Assembly: GCA_964016885.1 (NCBI GenBank)
Contig: OZ024746.1
Location: forward strand, 61,008,001-61,072,000
Reading direction: 5' to 3'
DNA: 64,000 nucleotides
Origin: Eledone cirrhosa
Taxonomy: Eukaryota
Below the pieces are notes generated by a model. It worked only from the letters and a program-made list of their open reading frames with translations, had not been told where the DNA came from and made no database searches. Both the position numbers and the translations under genes were made by a program. Positions 1 through 13,365 of this stretch are shown here, one piece after another. Every line of letters begins with the position of its first letter. The stretch's first letter is position 1.

Positions 1-47
<47 letters not shown>

Positions 48-142
48 GTAGCACCAACTGGTGACCTGACATACATATATATATATATACATATATACAT
101 ACGTATATACATACGTATATACATATATACATATATACATAC

Positions 143-362
143 GTGAAGGCGTGTGGCTGAGTGGTTAGAGAATTGGATTCACAATCTTGAGGTTTGTGAG
201 TTCGAATCCTGGACCGGTCGATGCGTTATGTCCTTGAGCAAGACATTTTATTTCACGTTGCTCATTCTACCTGGAGTTGCGACCGATAGATAGTATTAGC
301 AACTGGAAAGACCGATGGAAACATTGTTTCCTCGGTCCGATTTGACGAAAGTCGATCGATCC
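143..362 (+). mobile_element. tRNA-derived SINE, family A
   Basis: A-box-like TGGCTGAGTGG and B-box GTTCGAATCC, followed by conserved TGTCCTTGAGCAAGACA; near-identical copies at 12521-12730(-) and 42518-42732(+). Confidence 0.85.
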
Positions 363-476
363 TTTTATATATATATATATATATATATATACATACCAAC
401 ATACATACATATATGATGGCTGCCCCCTCGTTATCGAGTATGGCCATTGCACGATATAACATTATTAATTAATTCT

Positions 477-662
477 GGTGGATTGGCAGTATCGGTAGAG
501 GGTCGGACGCCATGCTTTGACGCATAGAGTTACGGCCCTTGCCATTCTGCGTTCAAATCCCGCCGAGGTTAACTTTGACTTTCATCCTTACGGGGTCGAT
601 AAAATAAAGTACCAGTAATGCACTGAGTATTTTCTGGCCTTGTGCCAAAAGTAGAAACAATT
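477..662 (+). mobile_element. SINE family B (Nin/Deu-domain-like)
   Basis: GTTCAAATCC B-box followed by CTTTCATCCTTACGGGGTCGATAAAATAAAGTACCAG; about 20 copies in this window. Confidence 0.85.
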
Positions 663-699
663 AATTAATTCTATCGTGCAATGCCTGTACGTGAAGATA

Positions 700-960
700 T
701 TTTTTAAAGTGAGGAAAGACTGTGCACTGAGCCAATCCCACTCTCTGAGCGACAGTAGCTATAACCCGAAAAGAAGAAAAGATCAACATCATCGGTAACT
801 ACTGAGCCTTTGTCAGGGCATTCTTCCAGGAGAAGACACCTCAGGAAACTGGGATAACTCCGATATAAACATATATATATATACATACAGGCTGCCAACT
901 CGTTTTCGAGTACGGCCACTACTTTATATCCATGTAGGAGAAGCCCTACCGATGCGCTGA
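700..960 (-). mobile_element. Fragments of the non-autonomous RTE-related repeat
   Basis: 890-960 matches 2695-2767 and 30020-30093; 715-865 is a diverged match to 2940-3080. Confidence 0.65.
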
Positions 961-1074
961 ATATATATATACATTCATATATATATATATACATACATAT
1001 ATATATATATATATACATACATATATACATCCATCTATACATATATATGTACGTCACAGTCAGACATACATATA

Positions 1075-1152
<78 letters not shown>

Positions 1153-1263
1153 CTTTTAATGAATTCCCTTTTCTATCAACCAACGACCTCTACCCATCCC
1201 ACTCCCTACCCTCTCCTACCACCTGAAGAGACCTATAAATACCATATTTATTTTTTGATACCC

Positions 1264-1314
1264 AGATTCCTGATGATTTCTAAAGAATGAAACAGTTCTA
1301 GTCCTGTAGAATCT
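1264..1314 (+). ncRNA. Type I hammerhead ribozyme in a PLE-type 3' fragment (about 1150-1398)
   Basis: Stem I AGATTC/GAATCT, core CTGATGA (1270-1276), stem II TTC-TAAA-GAA, GAAA (1289-1292), stem III CAG/CTG, cleavage triplet GTA. Confidence 0.8.
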
Positions 1315-1396
1315 CATCTATATTAAAACTTTTATACTCTGCTATGTATTGAGTACCTTACTTACTGTGGTTACCTCCGATTCAACCCCGAATAAC

Positions 1397-1447
<51 letters not shown>

Positions 1448-1470
1448 CATACATACATACATACATACAT

Positions 1471-1550
<80 letters not shown>

Positions 1551-1552
<2 letters not shown>

Positions 1553-1702
1553 GATATTAGATAAATGGAAACTATATTTATAAAACCATAAATATAGTTT
1601 CCATTTATTTAATATCGTAAATATACTCCAAATACTTGTTGAGTGCTTTTATATCAGTTATAAATATTTACTCGTTGTAACCCAACAATTTAAATAAAAC
1701 TT

Positions 1703-1706
<4 letters not shown>
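1551..1706. mobile_element. Family D short fold-back insertion in (TA)n
   Basis: Inverted arms ACGATATTA..GGAAACTATATTTAT / ATAAATATAGTTTCC..TAATATCGT; same two termini as 39537-39941 and 47239-47677. Confidence 0.75.
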
Positions 1707-2289
<583 letters not shown>

Positions 2290-2611
2290 CATATATACAT
2301 AAATACATATATTCATACATACATATATACATATATAAGTACGTCACAGTCAGACATAGATATATACACATATATATATATACACGATGGCTGCAAACTC
2401 TGCTGAAAATATTGCAATCGCTTGTCAGATTATAGAGTTTGCTGCACTTTTAGGCTACGGCCAGCCTTACGAACCCCTGTAACCTACTCTGAACAAGCAA
2501 TGCCTGTACTTAAAGGTTTTTTAAGTGGGGAAAGGCCTTGCACTCGACCAAACCCACTCTCTGAGCTTAGCAAACACTACCCGAAAAGGGGAACTGGTCA
2601 ACATACATATA

Positions 2612-2647
<36 letters not shown>

Positions 2648-2689
2648 TACATACGTAATATATACATATATACATACATACATACGTAC

Positions 2690-3306
2690 ATGGTGGTTGT
2701 CAACTCGTTTTCGAGTACGGCCACTACTTTATATCCATGTAGGAGAACCCCTACCGATGCGCTGAACAAATGTGACTTTTTAGTCCAGCCAGCGACTTGA
2801 AAACTCTGGTACAAACACTACACCTGTGACAATTATTGACACATAGTGCTGGGCCCATGGTACCATGTGACGCCAAGTGCAGAGAGATCTCTAGATATAA
2901 TGCAATGCCTGTGCCGTGAAGCTTTTATAGTGAGCAAAGGCACTGCACAAAGCCAGTTACACGCTCTTAACCAAGATGATATTTACCAAAAAGAAGAACA
3001 AGTCAACATCATTGGATACCATCAGGGTTGCAGGTGTTATATCAGAGTTTTCCTTCTCCTAGAATTCTGCCTTGACAAAGGCTAAGGGGTCATCTCTCCC
3101 GGTGATTTTGGATGGCCATTGACTCTTAAGAGCTCCTTTGCCCTTTGCTCTTTGACAGGTTTTGTTTTTAGTCCTGCAGGATGTCCAAAGTCACCCTCCT
3201 CACCAAGAAACCTTGGTGGGGTTGCCAGTTTAGTCGCCAACGACCCGACCATGGGACAGGTTGTACTGGAATACATGTTACCAGTAGCACCAACTGGTGA
3301 CCTGAC
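2690..3306 (-). mobile_element. Non-autonomous RTE-related retroposon
   Basis: Minus strand has CTAGGAGAAGGAAAACTCTGA (motif I recognise from RTE 5' UTRs), a 3' stem-loop ACTCG-AAAA-CGAGT and an (ATGT)n tail; other copies at 30015-30380, 890-960 and 47-70. Confidence 0.6.
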
Positions 3307-3382
3307 ATATATATATACATATATACATACATACATACATACATATATAAATATACATACACACATATATACATACACACAT

Positions 3383-3417
<35 letters not shown>

Positions 3418-3696
3418 TATACATACATGCATTCACACATACACACATACATACACACATACATACACACACATATACATACTTACACACACACATATAC
3501 ACACACATACATACATACATACATACATACATACATACATACATACATACACCACACATGGTGTTATTTATTAAAATGATTCATTATTTGATTGCATATG
3601 GCAAGAATAGGCGTTGTCTTATATTAGGAGCATGATTGTTGTTTTTCCCCACATTGCACGTGTATAGCCTTCTTGTCTTCGACCAGAACCGGATCT

Positions 3697-3714
<18 letters not shown>

Positions 3715-3768
<54 letters not shown>

Positions 3769-4080
3769 GTGTGGGTGTCTGTTTCTGTGTGTGTGTGTGT
3801 GTGTTTCTGTGTCTGCGTTCGCGCGTGTGTGTGTGTATGTATGTGTATGTGTGTGTGTGTGTGTGTGTGCATCTGAGTGTGTGTGTGTCTGTGTCTGCGT
3901 GTATGTATGTGTATGTGTGTGTGTGTACGTTTCTGTATCTCTGTGTGTGGGTGTGCATCTGCGTGTGCGTGTGTCTGTGTCTGCGTGTATGTGTGTGTGC
4001 GTATGTTTCTGTATCTGCGTGTGTGCGTGTGTGTATGTGTGTGTCTGTGTCTGCGTGTGTGTGTGGCTGTGTGTGTGTAC

Positions 4081-4118
<38 letters not shown>

Positions 4119-4140
4119 ACGTCTGTGTGTGCGCGTGCGT
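3715..4140. repeat. (GT)n compound microsatellite
   Basis: Direct inspection. Confidence 0.95.
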
Positions 4141-4906
4141 GGTTTCTAGCACAAGCACAACAATGCCTCCATTAATTTTTAAAGAAGAGAGCAGATCTTT
4201 ATATCGATCCCTTAATATTTGACTTTTATCGACTGGACCCCGGAGGAATGAAGGGAAAAATCAAACTCAGAGCATAAACGGAGGTAACCCAATACCGCAA
4301 GGAGTTTTGTTGGACGCTCAACCGCTGCTGCTAATCGTCTGCCTCATTTTATTGAATGTATAAAAGATCCAAAACATATAAATATGTTGAGTTAATCGAA
4401 CCATTATAAATTCCAGGTAAATACAGGTAACATTCCGTTATAACAAATACCATGAACTCTATAGATAATGAACACAACCACAAGGATAAGGTCTGAACGT
4501 GCAAGAGCCGAACCCCCACTGTCATTGCCTCCATCTCTCTCGCCCTAAGATACCAAACTACTGCAAAATTTAAAGACATTTCTCACAAATAAGCATTGAG
4601 TAGATAAATCTATATATCTAAAACAGAGAATGTCTGTCTGTCTGTATGGCTCCCTAAAACTCGAGAACCACCCAACCGATTGTTTTCAAACTTTACACAT
4701 GTAATACTTATGGTCCTGTGACCCCCCAAAATTTCAAATTTTCAATGCCCTAGGGACCGCATTTTCGATTTAGCGATCTCTCTCCATAATTCTTAGTCTT
4801 TCTTTTTAGATAGATATATAGATATAACGTTGCGCTCTTATAATATCTGTCTGCATTACGACATTATGAGGCTATATGTATGTGTGTGTATATATGTATA
4901 TATATA

Positions 4907-4980
<74 letters not shown>

Positions 4981-4983
<3 letters not shown>

Positions 4984-5172
4984 AACGAGTAGGACCCCGA
5001 CGGCTGAGCTCAAGCCGTTTCGACGGCTAATTCTGAGTCCAGAATTAGCCGTCGAAACGGCTTGAGCTCAGCCGTCGGGGTCCTACTCGTTCCTATTACC
5101 CACTCTACTACCCTAAGTATTGAGTACTTTGGTGCGTTATGGTCCACCTGGTTCCTTACCACATTTCCTTCG

Positions 5173-5175
<3 letters not shown>
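4981..5175. mobile_element. Family E fold-back insertion (3' half of an HHR plus 3' tail)
   Basis: Perfect arms 4981-5035 / 5040-5094; long arm runs to CCTTCGTT then (AT)n; contains GAAA-CGGC..GCCG-TC. Confidence 0.85.
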
Positions 5176-5216
<41 letters not shown>

Positions 5217-5231
5217 TGTGTGTGTGTGTGT

Positions 5232-5350
5232 AACGTTTTACGAAATATTTACTTCGGCGTTCACAGATTGATTTTTTTAGTTTCAGAAGATCCCGTTAAG
5301 GGTGAAAGCAGCGATTCTTTACTTAAACTTTAATCTGTTATTTTAATATA
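5232..5350 (+). mobile_element. Family G fragment
   Basis: Matches 31750-31868 and 21176-21408. Confidence 0.7.
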
Positions 5351-5912
5351 TATATATATATATAATTATATATTCGTGTACAGATATTTTTGCATACACA
5401 ATAACAAAATATAAACAAACGTATTTATTTCACGAGGCTCGATATGGATAAATATATATCAAATATATAAGAACCCTAGAGCAAATCCCGAGCAACGCCG
5501 GGCCATTCTGCTAGTGTGATTTAATCTTCTACTTTAACGTAGAACGCCGCTGCGATAAAACGCCTCGAAAGAGCATTAGTTTTTTCGTAGTAAATTTTAG
5601 AATGTAAAAATCCTAGCAGTAGTCACGTGACTTGGTATAAGTATGTTTGGTGATTGTGTAATCGGCTTTTTATTGCCGAATTTCATAAATACAGGTCGGA
5701 AAATAGGCAAGTAGACATTCAAACACATGTAAATATGTGTGGACATAAACAACATTCATAAAATAGATTCCTATCTGAGACCAAATTATTGAAAGAAAGT
5801 ATATCTTTGGTTTTTAACATTATTACACGTCGCTAAACTGAGCCAACCTCTCCTCCTTGCAGTGGTCCATGGGAAAGCATTTGTTATAGTGCTTCCCCCA
5901 ACGAGGCTTTGT

Positions 5913-5947
<35 letters not shown>

Positions 5948-6079
5948 ACGTATACAAATATGGTGATGAACGATGAATATATGCATACAAACATGCAAAC
6001 GCGCATACACATATGTCATTACTGTTCATCGCATATTTGCAAACTATCAGACATGATGTGGCATGAAAAGAAGAAAACA

Positions 6080-6111
<32 letters not shown>

Positions 6112-6116
<5 letters not shown>

Positions 6117-6173
6117 TTTTAATATAGATGAGATTCTACAGGACTAGAACTGTTTCATTCTTTAGAAATCATC
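6112..6173 (-). mobile_element. Truncated copy of the 1264-1314 HHR region
   Basis: Reverse complement of about 1271-1335, cut inside CTGATGA, in (TA)n. Confidence 0.8.
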
Positions 6174-6186
6174 ATATATATATATA

Positions 6187-6570
6187 TTAGTAAAAAGGAA
6201 AAGAAAATGTTGACAAATTTTTCCCAGTGAAAAATAGTTTAATTAGGAATAAGTATAAATTAGTAATAAGTATTGGTTAGTATTCAGTTTTAGTTTTAAG
6301 TTTTTACCGGTTGCGCATTTCTAATGCTTTTCAAAAATAATTTTGAGATAGAGAGCAAACATCACGAGCGCTCTATCTCAAAATTATTTTTGAAAAGCAT
6401 TAGAAATGCGCAACCGGTAAAAACTTAAAACTAAAACTGAATACTAACCAATACTTATTACTAATTTATACTTATTCCTAATTAAACTATTTTTCACTGG
6501 GAAAAATTTGTCAGCATTTTCTTTTCTTTTTTACTAATATATCACAACTCGTGTGTCACACCTCTATTTA
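6187..6570. mobile_element. Fold-back insertion with about 165-bp arms
   Basis: Arms 6187-6353 / 6371-6538 are almost perfectly complementary with a 17-nt spacer; the right arm extends further. Confidence 0.85.
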
Positions 6571-6594
6571 AAAAAAAAAAAAAAAAAAAAAAAG

Positions 6595-6633
<39 letters not shown>

Positions 6634-6781
6634 TTTGCACTTTTCCTTTTGTGCTTTCCTGGTGAAGGGTAAATGCGCAATACATTGACTATGTAACTCA
6701 TTCTTCCTCCAAGCGTGAAACTAATACACCTCATGTTATTGTTTCCTCTTGTTATATATATATATAGAAAGATATATAGAA

Positions 6782-6857
<76 letters not shown>

Positions 6858-6931
6858 AGATATATTATATATATATATATAGAGAGAGAGATATCAAGGA
6901 AACGAATATATATATATATATATATATATAT

Positions 6932-7589
6932 ACAAATATAAATTAGCGAGAATCGTATTTCAGCTCATGAATTAATGAAAATCAACGTCCGATATGTGTG
7001 GCAAGCGCTCGATGATTCATGTGAATCAGAGCTACAACATACGTTAAGGGCCAAACACACTGAGATGATGGTTAAACATATCATCCGCACAGCCAAAACA
7101 AACGACCACGTAATTCGGGTCAAACAATAAAAATATATGTGTTGATACTTTTCCGGACCCTGGACTGATGGTAAAATCCAGTATTGGTTTCTGCGACTCC
7201 AAAATCATGTACTGTCCGCCTACATAAAGAATGTTGGGCTTCTGGTAAGATGACTGAACAAGGAAGTCGTGTTATCAACGGGTTTTGCTCCAAAATGCTA
7301 TAGATAAGTGTGGCTATTACTGACCCCACGTGGGGTTCAGCAAGGGAGGCAACACCTATATTAGGCGAATGATTCAGTTGTGTATAATATTGCGAGAATG
7401 CAAAATATCACAAATGGAATAAAGCTCTCGACAGAATGGTTAAATATAACAGAGTTATTCAACAGTCAATAGAAGCAACTAAAAAAAATCAATAAAATTA
7501 ACTGCTCAATAGCTAGACTCTGGAGATTAATACAAATAGAAATTAGCGAGAATCGTATTTCAGCTCAGGAATTAACGAAAATCAACGTC

Positions 7590-7595
<6 letters not shown>
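6932..7595 (-). mobile_element. Terminally redundant unit of about 600 bp in (TA)n
   Basis: About 60-bp direct repeat at 6932-6995 and 7531-7595; a diverged relative lies at 38812-39030 in the opposite orientation. Confidence 0.65.
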
Positions 7596-7635
<40 letters not shown>

Positions 7636-7738
7636 AAGTGTAAGGAATTCTTTTACAATGGAATTAGCTCGAAGGAGGAAAATACCCCTGAGCAATATAT
7701 ATACAGATGTGTTGGTATCTGTGTTTCATCATATATAT

Positions 7739-7792
<54 letters not shown>

Positions 7793-8511
7793 GTAGTTAA
7801 ATGAAAATAAACCGAACATAGAGATGGAATATTCCCCAGAGATATCATCCCCCCTTTAACTTGAAATAATATTAACCATGTACACAATGTCTTATTCTCT
7901 CTACCTTTCTCTATTTCTCTCCACCTCTCATGAAAATTTCCACAATGGTCACACCTATTAATCATATTAATTATTAATATATCTCGACTTAACATAAATT
8001 TTAGCAGTTTTCGAAGAGAATATAATTTAATTTATATTCAAATGTGTACGTGTATGTGAGTGCATATGCGCGCGCGCGCGCGTGTGTGAGGGACTTACCA
8101 CCACCACCACCGCCATCACCTTCACGTGATTCATTGACATTTGCGTGCTGGACGTCATTAATAACAGAAGTCCTTATTTAAAACTTATTTAAAATACAAA
8201 TTCTCTGATATCGGAACTTATTCATTTAAAATACTTTGAAAAAAAAAAAAAAAAAAAAAAAAATCCGGCTGGACAATTCTTTGCTTTAAAGTGAAACTAC
8301 GTGATGCCACGACGAATACGAGGAAAACTGGGTTCTGTAACTTCACGCGCACAGCTAATGCGGTTAAGGCGTTCACAGGTATGTCCTCTAATCATTTAAC
8401 ATTTTCTATGTCGTGTGCAAGCATTGTCAAACGTCAAATGTTACTTACCCAAGTTTTACATATTCTATGTCACCCGTTTCATGTCTAGCTTTTATTTTTC
8501 AAACATCTATA

Positions 8512-9950
8512 GCAGGGAATGCTCACTGGAATCAGACACTCGAGGAGGCAGCAGTCGCCAGAATGCCAATTCAACTGCGTCAGTTATTTTCCATCATGCT
8601 GATGATATGTGGCTTCAGTGATCCTGTCCAGCGTTGGGAGAACTACAAAGAAAACATGTCAGAGGATATCCTATGCAGGATTCAAAGACAGAGCCCATTG
8701 GAAAATATCGTATTTAATGATGCCATTTTCAATGAGGCCTTACTTGACCTAGACAACCGAGTCCAATCTATGGGAGGCAAAGGAATCGCCGCTTTTGGTC
8801 TGCCTCAACCAGATGTGACATCCAAGGCTCTAGAAATCAAGTATTTACGGGACATCAACTACGATGTGGAAGAAATGGCGGCGTATGTGTCTGATAACGA
8901 GCATCGAATGAATGAAGATCAAAGAACAGCTTACCGCTCCGTTATTTCGTCCATTGACTGTGAAAATAGAGATCTTTTCTTCCTCGATGCTCCGGGTGGA
9001 ACTGGCAAGACATTCATCATCAACCTTCTCTTGGCTAAGCTGCGACAAATGAGACAGATAGCCCTAGCGGTTGCCTCAAGTGGAATAGCTGCAACCCTGC
9101 TAAATGGTGGACACACAGCCCATTCGTGTTTTAAATTGCCTTTTGACTTGGCCAAAAAAGAGATGGTGACCTGCAATATCAGTCGGGGATCTACAAAAGC
9201 CAAACTTCTTACCGAGTGCAGGTTAATTATTTGGGATGAGGCGACAATGAGCCACAAGGGAGCCTTTGAGGCTCTTGACAGGTTACTTCAAGATCTGAGG
9301 CACAACACGCGGCTCATGGGCGGCGTAACAGTCATGCTCGTAGGCGACTTCAGACAAACTCTTCCAGTGATTCCGAAGGGAACGAGAGCTGACGAGGTTA
9401 ATGCCAGCATTATGTCATCATAACTTTCGAGCAATGTGAAGAAGTTAAAACTGACAACAAACATGAGAGTGCAGCTAAGTGGTGATACGCAAGAATGGCC
9501 AGATCAGTTTGCCTTTTTGAATTCAATTCAGTGAGTATACCTGGCTGAGAAAACGTGCCATCTTGGCGCCAAAAAAATGTCGCAGTCGATGACTTGAACA
9601 ACACCCTTCTGGAGCAGGTGCCAGGTGAGCGTCGCATCTACAAGTCTATTGACACTGTGCTCAACTCCGATAAAGCTGTAAACTCCCCTGTTGAATTCGT
9701 AAACAGCCTCGTACCAGTAGGTCTACCACCGCACAACCTGAACCTCAAAATTGGAGCCCCAGTCATGCTGTTAAGGAACCTCGATCCTCCAAAACTATGC
9801 AATGGTACAAGACTTATCATAAAAAAATGAGGCCGAGACTCTTAGAGGCGACAGTTCTAACTGGTAAAGCAAGTGCTGAGGCTGTCTTCATTCCAAGGAT
9901 TCCTTTGATTCCTTCTGACACGCCTTTCTAGTTCAGACGGTTACAATTCC
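8512..9950 (+). pseudogene. Helitron RepHel PIF1-like helicase fragment (ORFs 8413-9423 and 9555-9830)
   Basis: SF1 helicase motifs DAPGGTGKTF, ASSGIAATLL, IIWDEATM, GDFRQTLPV, LLRNLDPPKLCNGTRL; stop codons and a deletion after 9423. Confidence 0.9.
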
Positions 9951-10127
9951 AGGACAAAGATGGATCTTAATGTAGTGAAACTGTAGTGATTTCCAGAGGT
10001 TGATTGTGGAGATGGGATTGTCCGTCTTTTCGTTGTTTTTTTCCATTGTCTTTGTCCTGTGCGCCCCCTATTATGAATACACACACACACACACACACAC
10101 ATATGTATATATATATATGTATATATG

Positions 10128-10158
<31 letters not shown>

Positions 10159-10271
10159 GCATGTGTATTTGCAAGAGATGTCAACATGAATGGACCTGTT
10201 ATTTTTATCTGAAGACATTTTTTCCAATTCCATCCCGCCTGTTCCCTCAATCTATCTTATTTCTCATTCTT

Positions 10272-10307
10272 TCTTCTGATGAAGGAGTAGCGTCCGAAAC
10301 GTTAAGA
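10272..10307 (+). ncRNA. Minimal HHR-like motif
   Basis: CTGATGA (10276), GGA-GTAGCG-TCC, GAAACGTTA; stem I is very short. Confidence 0.5.
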
Positions 10308-10525
10308 CCCTCTTCCTGCTATATCAAGCGTTAACCTAATATATCCCTTCCATATACTGTACCGATTGTGTTGCTATTTCTGTTTACCTTTCACATATAT
10401 ATATATATTTATGTTTATTCTTATTTTTATTTGTACTTCTTCAATCGTCCCCCCCCTCCCTTTTTTTCTAAATGTCTTTCCACCACTCCCCCACACACCC
10501 TCGGAACTCTCTTCCTACCCACTTT

Positions 10526-10557
10526 TCTCCTGATGAAGGGCTTATGCCCGAAATGTC
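10526..10557 (+). ncRNA. HHR core remnant
   Basis: CTGATGA (10530), GGGC-TTAT-GCCC, GAAA; stems I and III not recognisable. Confidence 0.4.
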
Positions 10558-10641
10558 CCCCCCCCCATTCTCAAAAGCGTGAACCTAATAAACTCTTATT
10601 TGTACTGCCTCTCTGTTTTTGTTCCCGTCTAAGTTTTAACT

Positions 10642-10701
<60 letters not shown>

Positions 10702-11451
10702 GTACATATATGTCCCTGCTTCTCTATGAATACCGATCGCCTTCGTTTCTCTGTCCTCATTTAAATGGCTCTCAATCTTTATCTTTTCCTCTCTTCTCTT
10801 TCCTCTTTTCTCGCTTTCCTCTTATCTGTTACTTTTTTCTATCTCTCTTCCTCACTTCTCTATCTTTCTCCTTCTCTTCCTCCCCTCTTCTTATTTTTCC
10901 TCCCAGTTATCTCTCCCCTTCCTTTTCTTTTACTACTTCTCTCTCACCCTTCTCCTCTTTCCTAGCCATTTCATACTCTACTTTCTCTAATCCTCAGCCG
11001 TTACACTCTCTAGTTCCCTCTCTGCTATTGTCGTCTCCTGCCTTCTCTTTCCTTCATCCTCTCTTTCTCAACAGTTTTCCCTACCCTAGAATTCCCACCA
11101 AACATCACACCTTAACCCCAAGCCCCCTATCTCACCCTCTCCGTTCATCACGTTACGGTATCTGCTGTATTTACATCCAGTGACGTCATTTTTACATCAA
11201 AGACTACGAGATATCGTTAATTAGGCACCCATCCGTAAAAGAGGCCAAAAAGAGTCCTTGCATGAAGCACTGCCAGATTCTTTGCAAGTTTGTGTATGTG
11301 TCTATGCGTGCACATACGTGCATTTATGTATAGCAAGTTTGTGTATATGTATAACGTATTGTGTATTGTGTTTAGTGTATTGTGTATATGTATAGTGTAT
11401 TGTGTATTGTGTATAGCGTATATGTATAGTGTATATGTATTGTGTATAGTG

Positions 11452-11742
11452 AATAGCTTAGAGGTTAGATTGTTCAACTCACAATCATATAGTCGTGAAT
11501 TCGACTCCCGGCGGCGTGTTATGTGTTTCAGCAAGACACTTCATCTCACGTTGTTCCAGTTAGCTCAACTGACAAAAACCAGTTGATCCGTTGTTCAAAT
11601 TCACACTGAATTTCTCTGTGAACTACGTAAAAAGTAAACGTGTTAATGGAATGTTCAGCCACTTCATTTCAATTTCACGAGCAAGCTGTTCTGTTGTTCG
11701 TACATTTCGAACACTCGTCGTCGGAACCGACGGAGGTCCGAC
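11452..11742 (+). mobile_element. Diverged tRNA-derived SINE
   Basis: tRNA-like head, TTCAGCAAGACACTTCATCTCACGTTG core; 3' part matches 41342-41435. Confidence 0.65.
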
Positions 11743-12205
11743 AAGTACAGGCTTTTGTGTATAAATACATTAAGTATTCGTTGATGCTGTTCTTTGCACT
11801 CCAAGTCAGCCCTGATTCAGCTAACCTATGATCAAAGCTATTATAACCGTAACCTCCCCGTATTTATTTTATTAGACACGGTGTAATGATGATTTCTTTA
11901 TCTACCAGATGTTCTCAGTAATTTCGTACATTCGAGATTTTGTACATTTTAAAAGCATTTCAGTTCACTCGATGTTCCAATGTTGTCAAATGTTATCTTT
12001 AACTTGTTCATTGTTGTAGTATTAATGTGGTAACATGCCTCTGGTCGCATTATTCAGTTTGTCACTATTACATAACTTTTTGTGTTCACTCTGAGGAGTA
12101 ATTTCGTAACTGTTTTATCACTGAGTGCTTCGTGACAGTCTTCGAATTTAAATCAGATATGAATCTGTTACTTGCAGCTGCAACTTCGTTTATACTCATT
12201 ACTAT

Positions 12206-12241
<36 letters not shown>

Positions 12242-12265
12242 AGTGAACAACACAAAATATAACTA

Positions 12266-12333
12266 CTCCATTACCAAAGGTTTCTGGGTCATAGACGATA
12301 ATAATATACGTCTGGATCGGTCGTCAGACAGAG
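12266..12333 (-). ncRNA. Type I hammerhead ribozyme
   Basis: Minus strand: CTCTGT-CTGACGA..AGACG/CGTCT..GAAA-CC-TTT-GG-TA-ATGGAG; 6-bp stem I with wobbles. Confidence 0.65.
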
Positions 12334-12393
12334 ATGTAGATAAAAGATATGAAATGAGATTTAAAATCTGTTAAAAATTATATATATATATAT

Positions 12394-12479
12394 AACGAAG
12401 GAAGTGTGGTAAGGAACCAGGTGGACCATAACTAGCTGTCGAAACGGCCGGCACTCAGCTGTCGGGTCCTGACTCTTTT

Positions 12480-12483
<4 letters not shown>
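12394..12483. mobile_element. Family E divergent insertion
   Basis: Left arm AACGAAGG..ACCATAAC (minus-strand 3' end) fused to plus arm TAGCTGTCGAAACGG..TTTTCCT. Confidence 0.8.
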
Positions 12484-12520
<37 letters not shown>

Positions 12521-12523
<3 letters not shown>

Positions 12524-12730
12524 CTTTCGTCAAATCGAACCAAGGAAACAATGTTTCCATTAGTCTTTACAATTGCTAATACTATCCATCGGTCGCAACT
12601 CCGGGTACAAGGAGCAACGTGATATAAAGTGTCTTGCTCGAGGACATAACGAATGACCCGGTCCGGGAATCAAACTAACAACCTCCTGATTGTGAATCCA
12701 ATTCTCTAACCACTCAGCCACGGACCTTCC
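12521..12730 (-). mobile_element. SINE family A
   Basis: Reverse complement of 143-362. Confidence 0.85.
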
Positions 12731-13185
12731 TATTTATAGGAGGAATGTGTAGTTTACTCGAAGCATTGTATATTGTATATAAAATTTGAAGTTTGAAAGC
12801 CACGACAACGTGAAATGGACGAATAAAGAGTGAAACAAGATGTTATGTATTTTACCTTAATTTATTTGTTCTGATATTTCGAGATTAATTTCTCTTCTTC
12901 CGAGGAAAATAAAAGGGACTAATCCACTCTCCGATGTTGTTTCCCGTTTTTTTCACTTTTTTCGTTATTTTTCTCTTATCTCTTTTTTACCTTTTTCCCT
13001 TCAGTTATCCTATATTTTCTTTCCTTCCCTCCTTCGTTTTCCCAATAACTTACCTAGTTATTGAACGCACTGGGGGTAGATATCTTGTCTTTAATGCGTA
13101 GAAATATCCGAGACCTCAAGCAGACAACTGACGAGGAAAACTACCCCCCCCCGTTTTTGCTTTCTTCTTATTCTTATTTTTAAGC

Positions 13186-13235
<50 letters not shown>

Positions 13236-13271
13236 CATATATATATGCATTTGCATACATCCATGTACATG

Positions 13272-13365
<94 letters not shown>

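Larger units (their letters stand above)
4609..5514 (+). mobile_element. Non-autonomous Helitron with nested insertions
   Basis: Inserted between A and T; starts TC (TCTATATATCTAAAA, then a GTCT repeat), ends with hairpin CCCG-AGCAACGC-CGGG and CTAG. Confidence 0.75.

Noticed and set aside
143-225. tRNA gene-like sequence (also 12650-12730, 26058-26110, 33250-33324, 42518-42590)
   Set aside because: These are SINE heads continuing into shared SINE bodies; no complete cloverleaf or terminator.
8413-9423. Host PIF1 helicase gene
   Set aside because: The upstream region and motifs are of the Helitron RepHel type, intronless and broken by stops.
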